64,000 nucleotides of DNA from Parcubacteria bacterium OLB19 (GTDB taxonomy: Bacteria; Patescibacteriota; Minisyncoccia; Phycocordibacterales; UBA918). Position 1 is the first letter of the stretch, and each line of letters starts with the position of its first letter. Positions 27,469 to 37,066 of the stretch are shown here, in pieces. The stretch lies in contig JZEL01000012.1 of assembly GCA_001567365.1 (NCBI GenBank), forward strand, positions 1,215-65,214, given 5' to 3'. The notes under the pieces are model-generated. The model made no database searches. It was not told the DNA's origin and saw only the letters and a program-made list of their open reading frames with translations. The position numbers and the translations under genes were made by a program.

Positions 27469-27909
27469 ATGAAAGTAATACTTCTACGCGATGTAGCAAA
27501 AATTGGAAAACGTTTCGAAATAGTAAACGTACCAGATGGTTTTGCTATTAATAAACTTATTCCGATGCGTGACGCAGAGCCAGCAACTCCAGCAAACGTA
27601 AAAAGAGTAACCCAAAATAAGGAACGTTTGCTTGCCAACAAAAATGAGTTGCGACAAGAAATTGCCATGATTGTTGAAAAAATAACTTCAGAACCAATCA
27701 CACTAAACGTGGAAGCTAATGATCAAGGTCATTTATTTCAAGCGATTCACGCTAAAGATATCACCAAATCAGCAAAAGACAGGAACTTGAATTTATCTGA
27801 AGAATACATTGTGATTGATCAACCAATAAAATCAGTTGGTGAACACCAAATCAATATTAAATTAGGTGATTTTAATAAAGGTATTATCATTAAAGTAGTA
27901 GCTAAGTAG
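27469..27909 (+). CDS. rplI: 50S ribosomal protein L9
   Basis: MKVILLRDVAKIGKRFEIVNVPDGFAINKLIP. Confidence 0.85.
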   Translation: MKVILLRDVAKIGKRFEIVNVPDGFAINKLIPMRDAEPATPANVKRVTQNKERLLANKNELRQEIAMIVEKITSEPITLNVEANDQGHLFQAIHAKDITKSAKDRNLNLSEEYIVIDQPIKSVGEHQINIKLGDFNKGIIIKVVAK

Positions 27910-27918
27910 TAGAAGTTT

Positions 27919-28641
27919 ATGACTCAGAACAATATCATCACAGTTGTCGGTTTACTGGTTGGTTGTGCAGTTTTAATTATTGGTCTAGCACTCTGGATCG
28001 GACCAAGCAAAGATAGCACAACCTCTCTTACCAACAAAGATGAAGTAGGGCTTGAAAACGAGGAATTAGAAGCTCCACTTAAACCAGAAGAATTAGCCGC
28101 TTATAATGCAACTATGACAAACGAAAAAAATCCAATTGCCAAATTTACTACCAATCACGGTATTTTTGAAATCGAACTTTTTGAAGACACTATGCCAATT
28201 ACGGCTGGTAATTTTATTAAATTAGCAGACGAAGGCTTTTATAATGGTATTAAATTCCATCGCGTGATTGATGGTTTTATGATTCAAGGAGGTGATCCAA
28301 ACACCAAAACCGACGATGTGATGTCTTACGGACGTGGTGGTCCTGGTTATTCTATTCCAGATGAACATATAAGTGGAGAACACCTAACCAATATCCGAGG
28401 GACTATTTCTATGGCTAACAGTGGCCCAAACAGCGGTGGTAGTCAATTCTTCATCAATGTTGCTGACAACAAATTCTTAGATTTTGATGTACCAGATCCA
28501 AACAATTCTGCCCACCCCGTGTTTGGACAAGTGGTTTCTGGTATGAACATAGTTGATGAAATTTCCTTAGCTGAAACCAATCCATCAGACATGCCAATTG
28601 AACCAATAATCATTGAGAAGGTAGAGATAGTTAAAAACTAA
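27919..28641 (+). CDS. Peptidyl-prolyl cis-trans isomerase, cyclophilin type, with an N-terminal membrane anchor
   Basis: FHRVIDGFMIQGGDP...GTISMANSGPNSGGSQFFI. Confidence 0.85.
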   Translation: MTQNNIITVVGLLVGCAVLIIGLALWIGPSKDSTTSLTNKDEVGLENEELEAPLKPEELAAYNATMTNEKNPIAKFTTNHGIFEIELFEDTMPITAGNFIKLADEGFYNGIKFHRVIDGFMIQGGDPNTKTDDVMSYGRGGPGYSIPDEHISGEHLTNIRGTISMANSGPNSGGSQFFINVADNKFLDFDVPDPNNSAHPVFGQVVSGMNIVDEISLAETNPSDMPIEPIIIEKVEIVKN

Positions 28642-28656
28642 GTAACTACAGATAGA

Positions 28657-28691
28657 AAATCCCAGTTTACCTTTAGGTAAACTGGGATTTT
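28657..28691. terminator. Rho-independent terminator
   Basis: AAAATCCCAGTTTACC-TTTA-GGTAAACTGGGATTTT. Confidence 0.65.
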
Positions 28692-28703
28692 ATGTATTTT
28701 TAT

Positions 28704-29220
28704 TTACTTAAAACTATTATTTACAACAAGTTTGCTGTAAATAACCGAAACGGCAATTTGCAATATAAGCATCACAGCTAATAATGAGTGCCATTGGGTC
28801 AAATCGATAGTTAAATCGCCTCGTCCAAAAAATACATTAATCTCAATAAAGGAAGCGAGTGTGCTTATATTAAACAAGACCAACAATTTCAACATATTGT
28901 CAAAAATCTTTTCAATCTCCATAAAAAAGTAGGTAAATACTAAAAATGTTTATATAAAAAACACTCCAAATAAGAAATTGAAACAATAGAAGACCATTGA
29001 ACGTAAACAAACAAACAACATATGTTTCTATAACACTCAACAAGGGCCATATAAGCAAAAGTTTATATTGAAATATAATAGTTAGAAGTATTAATACTCC
29101 TAAATATAATATTTGTGAAAGCGTGACGCCAAATTCAACGGCTATTACTACTAAAATCATTACTGGGACACAACTCAACACCCAAAACAAAAATGGTATA
29201 ATTTTTTTAAAGAACTTCAC
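28704..29220 (-). CDS. Small multi-pass membrane protein. It appears as two overlapping ORFs (28912..29220, 28704..28922) that fuse if a T6 tract is T5.
   Basis: Both ORFs are strongly hydrophobic. The ORF junction is at CTTTTTTATGG (28921-28926). Confidence 0.35.
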
Positions 29221-29286
29221 AAAAACTCCTTAATACAAGTGAAAAGCAACCAACAATATAAATTTAATAATGATATGTGTCAATAG

Positions 29287-29311
29287 TAAAAACCGCTCAA
29301 AAGCGGTTTTT
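29287..29311 (-). terminator. Terminator downstream of rpmA
   Basis: AAAAACCGCT-CAAA-AGCGGTTTTT. Confidence 0.6.
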
Positions 29312-29335
29312 ACTATCTCTGTAAACAGTAGGGCT

Positions 29336-29614
29336 TTAGGCCACAACTACATCCACAGCCTTCTTGGTGATCTTGTGACCGTCAAATTTAACTTTGCGCA
29401 TATCACGAAAAGATACTTTTCCATCTTTAGCAGCATAAAGAGTATGATCTTTACCTACGTAAACATTTTTTCCAGCTTCGATTTTTGTTCCACGTTGACG
29501 CACGATCACTTGACCAGTTTTAACATCTTGTCCGGCCGTCTTCTTGACGCCGAGGTATTTTGGTTGCGAGTCGCGCAGGTTTTTGGCGGTACCCGCCGCT
29601 TTCTTGGTTGCCAT
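29336..29614 (-). CDS. rpmA: 50S ribosomal protein L27
   Basis: [25 protein letters not shown]...[11 protein letters not shown]. Confidence 0.9.
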   Translation of the reverse strand: MATKKAAGTAKNLRDSQPKYLGVKKTAGQDVKTGQVIVRQRGTKIEAGKNVYVGKDHTLYAAKDGKVSFRDMRKVKFDGHKITKKAVDVVVA

Positions 29615-29659
29615 ACGATATAATAACTAATGTAAATTAACCTGCGGAGTATACGATAT

Positions 29660-30055
29660 ATGAAAGAAAAACTCAAGTCTTGGCTACTAAATGATCAGAT
29701 TTTCTACGGTTTAATAGTTATTCTTGTTGCTATTATTTCCTTTATTCTTGGTCAAGAATCCATAAAAAATGATAGCAAAACCGCAAAACCAATAGTACAG
29801 ATGATTGAACCAATCAATCTAAGTGCCACCATACCAGCCAATAAAACAATTGAAACAGTTAACAAAGCTACAGTCGATTTTGTGGAAAATGATAACAAAA
29901 ACCAATTTGTAGCCTCAAAAAATGGTAAACGTTACTATCTAAAAAGCTGTGCCGGTGCAAAACGCATAAAACCCGAAAATCTTATAAGTTTTGAGAGTAG
30001 GGAATTAGCTGAAGCTGCGGGTTACACCAAAGCTGCTAATTGTCCTGGGTTATAA
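29660..30055 (+). CDS. Membrane-anchored protein with an Ada-type Zn-binding-like C-terminal domain
   Basis: RYYLKSCAGAKRIKPENLISFESRELAEAAGYTKAANC matches the Y..C...R...N..F.S...A..AGY...C pattern. Confidence 0.45.
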   Translation: MKEKLKSWLLNDQIFYGLIVILVAIISFILGQESIKNDSKTAKPIVQMIEPINLSATIPANKTIETVNKATVDFVENDNKNQFVASKNGKRYYLKSCAGAKRIKPENLISFESRELAEAAGYTKAANCPGL

Positions 30056-30064
30056 TATACAGAC

Positions 30065-30859
30065 ATGAAATTTTTTGACCTTATCATTCGCTCAGCCAAA
30101 CTTTGGTATTTTTCAGATATGAAATCCTATGCCGCGGCTTTTTCTTATTACGCCCCCTTAGCCATACTGCCATTGTTATTATTTTCAATAACCTTTGTTG
30201 GTGTAATTTACGGCGAGTCGTTCACCAAACAAATCATTACTAATTGGGGGTTAATTTTAGGGCAAGACTTAATTGATATTATTCGTTCCGCTATAGAAAA
30301 TCTTAAAACCGAGGCCAATACTTTTGCCATTCCAATTGTTGGTGTAATCTTCTTCGCCGGTGCCAGTATTCTCACCTTAAATGTCCTAAGTAACGGCTTT
30401 GATAAACTATGGAAAGCAGAAAAATTCGGTTTTATAAATTGGATTAAGAAAAGTTTGCGCTCCATTCTCTTTGTTTTAATTTTCCAACTTTACTTAGTTG
30501 TAATCATTGCCTTTGAAATCTTTATGAGCTTCGCTAATTTAAAAGGTGACGCTTTACTGTCTCTACTTTTCTTATTCACCAGTACGGGTATCTTCTTTAC
30601 TTTACTGTTTCGCTTTTTAGCTAGCAATACTCCTAGTCTTAAAGCTTGTCTTGTCGGTGCACTGACATCATCTGTTCTGTTTGTTATTTCCAAGAGTACT
30701 ATAAATGTCTATATTGCCAATTTATCTGGCTTAAATTTATACGGTGCAGCCGGTTTGATTTTAATACTTTTAATCTGGATCTACGTTCTGGCTTCAATTA
30801 TCTATTTTGGCGCCTCCGTAGCTTATGAATATGATAGAATGAACAAAATTAAGAATTAG
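30065..30859 (+). CDS. YihY/BrkB-family inner-membrane protein
   Basis: Multi-transmembrane protein. The N-terminal region MKSYAAAFSYYAPLAILPLLLF is typical of YihY. Confidence 0.6.
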   Translation: MKFFDLIIRSAKLWYFSDMKSYAAAFSYYAPLAILPLLLFSITFVGVIYGESFTKQIITNWGLILGQDLIDIIRSAIENLKTEANTFAIPIVGVIFFAGASILTLNVLSNGFDKLWKAEKFGFINWIKKSLRSILFVLIFQLYLVVIIAFEIFMSFANLKGDALLSLLFLFTSTGIFFTLLFRFLASNTPSLKACLVGALTSSVLFVISKSTINVYIANLSGLNLYGAAGLILILLIWIYVLASIIYFGASVAYEYDRMNKIKN

Positions 30860-30868
30860 TAAACAGAT

Positions 30869-31462
30869 ATGATAGTAATAGATATTGAGGCCTCTGGTGT
30901 AGATTACAAAAAACATTCTATTGTTTCCCTTGGAGCGGTAGATTTTTCTAATCCTGATAACAGATTTTACGGTGAATGTCAGATTTGGGAAGGGGCACAT
31001 ATTATGGATGAGGCTCTAGCAGTTTGTGGTTTTAGTCGAGAAGAAATTACCGACAAAAACAAAAAAACTGAATCAGAATTAGTGCGTGAATTTATGGAAT
31101 GGTCTCAACACATGTCTGACAGAACACTGGTTGGCCAAAATGTTTCCTTTGATCGCGACATGTTGAAAGCTGGCTGTGAACGTGCAGGACTGCCTTGGGA
31201 TCTAGCTTACAGAACTCTCGATACTCACACTTTCTGTTGGATGCATATAGTTAAAAGGGGATTAGTACCACCAATAGATGCCCAACATCGACGTAGCGCC
31301 CTCGATCTTGATGCAATATTAAATTATTGTGGTATTCCTGAAGAACCAAAACCCCACAACGCACTTACCGGAGCCATGTCACACGCCGAGGTCACCTCAA
31401 GACTTTTGAATGACAAAAAACTTCTCCCCGAATTTTCGCAATTTGAAATCCCATGGCTTTAG
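30869..31462 (+). CDS. DEDDh-family 3'-5' exonuclease (DnaQ-like)
   Basis: Exo I is IVIDIEASG. Exo II/III are LVGQNVSFDRDML and H-x4-D (MSHAEVTSRLL). Confidence 0.7.
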   Translation: MIVIDIEASGVDYKKHSIVSLGAVDFSNPDNRFYGECQIWEGAHIMDEALAVCGFSREEITDKNKKTESELVREFMEWSQHMSDRTLVGQNVSFDRDMLKAGCERAGLPWDLAYRTLDTHTFCWMHIVKRGLVPPIDAQHRRSALDLDAILNYCGIPEEPKPHNALTGAMSHAEVTSRLLNDKKLLPEFSQFEIPWL

Positions 31463-31485
31463 ACTAGTGCTACAATATTAGCATT

Positions 31486-32226
31486 ATGATCAAGAATATA
31501 TTTGGTGGTAACAAGAGTAAATCTAAAAAAAATAAGGACAATTGTCGAGTAATAACAGAATTACTTGATCCTAAAGGTCAAGATGGAGCCGTACAGTCTT
31601 GGCGAGTCTTTCGTATCATGTCAGAGTTCGTCGAAGGTTTTGAACTCCTTCGCAATCATGGATTGGCTGCTACTTTTTGGGGTAGTGCCAGACTTACACC
31701 CAAAGATCACTACTATAAAGAAGCTGAGGAATTGGCTGCTAAACTCGCTAAAAAGGGTTTTACGATTATTTCCGGTGGTGGACCCGGTATCATGGAAGCA
31801 TCCAACGTCGGCGCTTTCAAGGTTGGCGGTAAATCAATTGGTCTTAATATAAAATTACCATTTGAACAAAAATTAAATCCCTACACCACCGAATCATTAA
31901 GTTTCGACTTTTTCTTTTCACGTAAAGTCATGCTTACTTTTGCTTCTGAGGTTTATGTTTATTTCCCAGGTGGATTCGGTACACTAGATGAATTTTTTGA
32001 AATTATTACCTTGATTCAGACTAAAAAAATCGACCCTATCCCTGTCGTGCTATACGGAAAAGGTTACTGGGAACCACTCCTAAAATGGTTTGAAAAAGAT
32101 TTAATCAAAAAATACAAAACTATCAGTAAAGAAGATATGGAAATTTTCCAAGTTGTAGACACTGTAGATGAAGCCTACAAATACATTATAAAAAATGTTG
32201 ATACCAAAAACGTTAAACAGGTTTAA
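31486..32226 (+). CDS. LOG-family protein (TIGR00730; Rossmann-fold nucleotide-binding / cytokinin riboside 5'-monophosphate phosphoribohydrolase-like)
   Basis: ISGGGPGIMEA and PGGFGTLDE motifs. Confidence 0.8.
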   Translation: MIKNIFGGNKSKSKKNKDNCRVITELLDPKGQDGAVQSWRVFRIMSEFVEGFELLRNHGLAATFWGSARLTPKDHYYKEAEELAAKLAKKGFTIISGGGPGIMEASNVGAFKVGGKSIGLNIKLPFEQKLNPYTTESLSFDFFFSRKVMLTFASEVYVYFPGGFGTLDEFFEIITLIQTKKIDPIPVVLYGKGYWEPLLKWFEKDLIKKYKTISKEDMEIFQVVDTVDEAYKYIIKNVDTKNVKQV

Positions 32227-32240
32227 TTTAGGAAAGAGTT

Positions 32241-33497
32241 ATGAATATCTCATATTTTGACGACAGTCGCATTACAGAAAAAACCATCAAGAGTAAGATC
32301 ACAAAACTCGGTCAGTATCGCCAGGAAATAAGAGAAAACATGGAGGAAAATAACTCTGATGTACCAGAATATTCTTTGTACTATCCAAAAGATTTTACTC
32401 TACATAGCAATATCACCGAATTAGCTAAAACTTATAAAAACATTAAACACTTGGTGGTAATAGGTATCGGGGGATCAAATCTCGGCACCGAAGCTATTCA
32501 TCAAGTCTTGGATGAAGGTAAAGTGAAGTTATCAGTTTTAGATACGGTATCAGCCTACAATCTAGCAGTACTTCTAGATGAATTAAAAAAATATAAGAAA
32601 GCTACACAGCTAACTATTTGCATAATCAGTAAATCAGGTAGCACAACTGAGACCCTTAGTAATGCTTCAGTACTGATTGAAGAATTAAAACATCACTTTG
32701 GTGAAGAAATTAACCAACAATTAATCTTCATCGGTGATCCTAAAACCGAAGTTGAAAAATATGCTAAAAAAATCTCGGCACACTATGTAGCAATGCCAAA
32801 AATAATTGGCGGACGGTACTCCGTGGCCACAGCTGTTGGTTTAATACCTTTGGCTTTACTCGGACACGATACCGATGAATTCATTTCTGGCTATCTCGAT
32901 GCTTCAAAAGACGAATATGAGACGATTACTGCTGAAAACTCAGCCCGTCTCGCACTATATCTGCAAAATAAATATCACCATTATAATTTCTTTGCTTTTG
33001 AGCCACGTCTGGAAAAATTAGGAGAGTGGTATCGACAACTATTTGCTGAAAGTCTAGGGAAGGAAACTACAAAAAATGGCAAACCAGTTAAAGACGCTAT
33101 GTTGCCAACCATTTCTACACCGGTAGAGCTACATTCCGTTGGCCAACTTTATTTTAGTAAAATAACCACTGTCTACACCGACTTTGTTACCTTTGATGAC
33201 GAAAAATTTGATTTTAAAACTACCAAATCCAATAAGCTAGCGAGTGGATTAAAAAATCTCTCTCTGCAAGAAATCGTAACCGGACTCTATGGTGGAGTAA
33301 TTGGTGCTTATCAGGAAAGAGAATTGCCATACCGCGCCACCATTTTGGATGAATCACTACCATACTCACTTGGTCTATTTATGGGTATGCGTCTTCGTGA
33401 AATCATGTACACCGCCAACCTTATGGATGTAAATGCTTTTGATCAACCAAATGTCGAACTCTACAAAATTAAAACTAAAGAAATTTTGAAAATATGA
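32241..33497 (+). CDS. pgi: Glucose-6-phosphate isomerase
   Basis: VVIGIGGSNLG, ISKSGSTTET, the SIS domain. Confidence 0.85.
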   Translation: MNISYFDDSRITEKTIKSKITKLGQYRQEIRENMEENNSDVPEYSLYYPKDFTLHSNITELAKTYKNIKHLVVIGIGGSNLGTEAIHQVLDEGKVKLSVLDTVSAYNLAVLLDELKKYKKATQLTICIISKSGSTTETLSNASVLIEELKHHFGEEINQQLIFIGDPKTEVEKYAKKISAHYVAMPKIIGGRYSVATAVGLIPLALLGHDTDEFISGYLDASKDEYETITAENSARLALYLQNKYHHYNFFAFEPRLEKLGEWYRQLFAESLGKETTKNGKPVKDAMLPTISTPVELHSVGQLYFSKITTVYTDFVTFDDEKFDFKTTKSNKLASGLKNLSLQEIVTGLYGGVIGAYQERELPYRATILDESLPYSLGLFMGMRLREIMYTANLMDVNAFDQPNVELYKIKTKEILKI

Positions 33498-34338
33498 CCT
33501 ATATTTTACTAGATATCGGTGGCACCAAAACTCGAGTGGCTACCTCAAAAGATTTAAAGCAACTCGATAAGATTAGCAAATTTAACACCGCCCCAAAATT
33601 CAAAGCTGGAATCGAAAGTATTATAAAGGCGATTGAGAGCATGAAAATAACCGATAAAATCACTGGGATCGCTATTGGTATTCGTGGACGTATAAATGAA
33701 GAGAAGACCGCTTTAGAAAACGATGGGGTTTTGTCGGACTGGGCAAAAAAACCCTTAGCAGAAATGCTGGAGAAGCATTTCCAAACTTCTGTTTTTATTG
33801 AGAATGACACCGCCTTAGCTGGACTAGGTGAAGCGGTACATGGAGCGGGGCAGGGAGCTGATATTGTAGCCTATCACACTATCAGTACCGGTATTGGAGG
33901 AGTAAAGATAGAAAACGGTATGATCGACCAAGCTAGTTTTGGTTTTGAACCAGGACATCAAATTCTCGATATTGATCGTACTATTTTAGGCGTTGATATC
34001 ACACCCACTTTTGAAAATCTGGTTTCAGGCTCAGGTCTTGAAGCTAGACTAGGAGTAAAACCTTACGACATTCCACAATCTGACCTAATCTGGAATGAAT
34101 TGGCTGAATATTTAGCTCACGGACTTCGCAACACCATACTTTATTGGTCACCAGACGCTATTATTCTCGGTGGTTCCATGATTATTGGTGACCCAAAATT
34201 GAAATCGAACCGATTCGAAAATACACAGTAGAAGTATTAGATGGTTTTGTTGCCTGTCCTTTTATCACTACTGCCACCCTAGGTGATGATGCTGGATTGT
34301 ATGGTGCAATGGTGTATTTGGAGCAACATTTACAATAA
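33494..34338 (+). CDS. ROK-family sugar kinase (glucokinase-like), with an apparent frameshift near 34192-34198. The C-terminus continues in another frame to 34338.
   Basis: The N-terminus is ILLDIGGTKTRVA...ENDTALAGLGE. ORF 33494..34231 stops after GDPKLKSNRFENTQ. The +2 frame continues PKIEIEPIRKYTVEVLDGFVACPFITTATLGDDAGLYGAMVYLEQHLQ, a typical ROK C-terminus. An indel in CCCAAAA joins them. Confidence 0.65.
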
Positions 34339-34780
34339 AAACTAATATGATTAGTAATATATTTTAAAAATCTATATACATCTAATATTTTTTTCATTAT
34401 ATTAAGTATAATGTGGCTTCAAACATTAAGTCCTGCAACAAAACCGTCAATTGAATTTATTTTTAGCATTCTACAGTTTATAACTGGAATAGCTCTTCTG
34501 TATTATTTAAAGTTTTATTTCTCTTAAATTTAGATACATAAATAAAACAAAAAAATATCAAGAACAGAACTGTTTAATGTAGGGGATATTAAAAGTGGAA
34601 TTAAAAAAAGAATTATTTCAATATTTATATTGGCTTTATTTATTCTAATTATTTTTCTTGTTAATAGTGATATTTTTTAGTAATTAACAGAATAAGAAAT
34701 ATCTTTTGTTTTAAACAATTAAAAATATATCTTGTCAACTTTTATTGTAAAATAAAGGTGAAATTACTGTTTTTAGTATT

Positions 34781-34810
34781 GACAAATAGGGCATTACTGT
34801 GATATAATGA
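34781..34810 (+). promoter_or_regulatory. Sigma70-like promoter: TTGACA, 18-bp spacer, TATAAT
   Basis: TTGACAaatagggcattactgtgaTATAAT, ~95 nt upstream of the 34904 start. Confidence 0.5.
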
Positions 34811-34903
34811 GAAAAATCTGCAAATTGTGATAGAATCTTGCAGTTATCAGCTTAGCCGCTGATATTTGTTAGATAAGACAACTGGCTTATTATATCGACC
34901 GTA

Positions 34904-35326
34904 TTGATAGCGGTTTTGACAGTAACTTCGATGCAAACAGTATTTCCGTCAGGAATTGCCTATGGTCAAATCGAGGAAACTCCTACTGAAGAGGTAGCCA
35001 AAAACTCACCTCTGACGAATACCGAACTAGTTGTTCGTTCGTATTTTAAGGATATTCCCGTAATGATTCAGATAGCTCGCTGTGAATCAGGTTTCCGTCA
35101 TACTCTTGAGGATGGTAGTGTGCTGAGAGGTGTAGTTGATTCCGCTGACACTGGTGTTATGCAGATCAACAAGCGCTTCCATGCTGATAAAGCAACCACC
35201 ATGGACCTCGATCTCGACAACCTTTATAACAACATGGCTTACGCCCGACATCTCTATGAGACAGAAGGCACACGCCCATGGAATGCTTCGGCTTCATGTT
35301 GGAATAATCAAGTTGCCATGCAATAA
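34904..35326 (+). CDS. Secreted lysozyme-like / lytic transglycosylase (SLT-family) domain protein
   Basis: Signal-peptide-like N-terminus, then CESG...GVMQIN...AYARHLY (ES / GLMQ / AYNAG-like motifs). Confidence 0.5.
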   Translation: MIAVLTVTSMQTVFPSGIAYGQIEETPTEEVAKNSPLTNTELVVRSYFKDIPVMIQIARCESGFRHTLEDGSVLRGVVDSADTGVMQINKRFHADKATTMDLDLDNLYNNMAYARHLYETEGTRPWNASASCWNNQVAMQ

Positions 35327-35336
35327 TAAATAAAAA

Positions 35337-35367
35337 CAAAACCGACCTTTAGGTCGGTTTTGTTTTT
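35337..35367 (+). terminator. Rho-independent terminator
   Basis: AAAACCGACC-TTTAG-GTCGGTTTT then a T-run. Confidence 0.7.
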
Positions 35368-35386
35368 ATGATATTATTCACTAAAC

Positions 35387-35848
35387 ATGAAAAATAAATA
35401 TTGGCTAATGAAATGCGAGCCTAGTGAATTTTCCATAGATGATTTAGAAAGAGCAGGAGAATACTTTTGGGACGGTGTACGTAATTACCAAGTGAGAAAT
35501 ATGTTCAGAGACCAAATGCGAGTGGGAGATAAGGCAATTTTTTATCATTCTAGCACCAAAGATGTTGGTGCAGTAGGGGAGATGGAGATAATAAAACAAG
35601 CCACACCAGACCCAACACAATTTGACTCCAAAAGTAAATATTTTGATGCGAAATCCACCACGGCAAATCCTCGCTGGCTCGGCCCAACTGTATCTTTCGT
35701 TAAAAAATTCAATCATTTAGTATCATTAGAAGAAATTAAAAATGATTCAACCTTCTCTGATCTAGCCCTAATTAAGAGAGGGAACAGATTGTCTGTGATT
35801 GAGCTTTCAAAGAAGCAATATGAGAGGTTGATTAAATTGGGTAAGTAA
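35387..35848 (+). CDS. EVE-domain (PUA-like) protein
   Basis: The N-terminus MKNKYWLMKCEPSEFSIDDL...WDGVRNYQVRNMFRDQMRVGDKAIFYHS is typical of EVE. Confidence 0.6.
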   Translation: MKNKYWLMKCEPSEFSIDDLERAGEYFWDGVRNYQVRNMFRDQMRVGDKAIFYHSSTKDVGAVGEMEIIKQATPDPTQFDSKSKYFDAKSTTANPRWLGPTVSFVKKFNHLVSLEEIKNDSTFSDLALIKRGNRLSVIELSKKQYERLIKLGK

Positions 35849-35853
35849 GCTTT

Positions 35854-36636
35854 ATGAAAATTGGTTTTTTCGATTCTGGCCTAGGTGGACTAACAATCAT
35901 GAATGCAGTAACAAAAGAATTACCACAGTATGATTATGAATTTTATGGCGACACCGCCAACTTACCATACGGAGACAAAAAAGAGGAAGAGATTTTTGAA
36001 TTAACCAAAAGGGGAATTGAACATCTTTTTGCTAAAGATTGCTTACTAATAATCGTAGCTTGCAATACTGCTTCAACTGAAACTCTAAGAAAACTACAAA
36101 CAGAATATCTGCAAATAAATTATCCTGATCGCAGAATTTTGGGAGTAATTATTCCTACCATTGAAAAGTTATTGGAAGAGAGAATTGAGGAAGCAATTTT
36201 AATTGGCACCAATCGAACAATTGAATCAAGAAAGTATCATATTGAATTAAACAAATACACTGAGGCACCAAAACTAAACTCTATAGCTACACCATCATTA
36301 GTACCACTGATTGAAACGCAAAAGTACGATGAGGCCTACGCTCAAATCTGCTCAATAATTGACAGCAGAACTACCGAGAAAGGAATTATATTAGGTTGCA
36401 CTCACTACACGACTCTAAACGCAAAATTAAGCGACAGATATAGGGAAGACAACTTCAAAATTATTTCTCAAGACGAAATAATCCCAAAAAAGCTACACGA
36501 ATATCTAAATAGACATCCTGAGCTCGAAAAGCGTTTAGGTAAGAATTCAAAGCGAAATATTTACTTAACCAAACATTCTGAAATTTACGATAAATTTTTA
36601 GCTGATTTATTAGGTGGCGTATTTATTGATGACTAA
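35854..36636 (+). CDS. murI: Glutamate racemase
   Basis: IGFFDSGLGGLT, YGDTANLPYG, IVACNTAS, and a GCTHY-like motif. Confidence 0.85.
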   Translation: MKIGFFDSGLGGLTIMNAVTKELPQYDYEFYGDTANLPYGDKKEEEIFELTKRGIEHLFAKDCLLIIVACNTASTETLRKLQTEYLQINYPDRRILGVIIPTIEKLLEERIEEAILIGTNRTIESRKYHIELNKYTEAPKLNSIATPSLVPLIETQKYDEAYAQICSIIDSRTTEKGIILGCTHYTTLNAKLSDRYREDNFKIISQDEIIPKKLHEYLNRHPELEKRLGKNSKRNIYLTKHSEIYDKFLADLLGGVFIDD

Positions 36637-36810
36637 ATAAAATCATTACAAGAAGCATAGAGAAGTGGAGAAGTCCTTAATATTTAACTCCACGACATGT
36701 ACGGACTACGTTAGTTAAATGGGAACATTACTAGTTTTAGATATGTCGCACAATATATCTTTTGCGACATTAATGGGGAGTGCTAGAGAGAAGGTTGGGA
36801 TTTTAAATAA

Positions 36811-36848
36811 GACCCCTGTAGTTTGCTTGCAGGGGTCTATTTTATTGG
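36811..36848 (+). terminator. Rho-independent terminator after murI
   Basis: GACCCCTGTA-GTTTGCTTGC-AGGGGTC then a T-rich tail. Confidence 0.6.
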
Positions 36849-37066
36849 GTGTTTATCTTTTATCGAATATCAAGAAACGATAATATACAATCATTCTTGA
36901 CTTCGCACCTTGGTACATCACTATATGCAAATAGAAGCATACCAATGATTAGTGCAACAAAAATAATTAATTTCATTATTTACTTCTCCTCTTTTCTTTT
37001 CTTTGTGTTATTTAACGCTTTTGATGATAGCATAAATTTAGTTTTTGTCAATAAATAACTGGAGGT

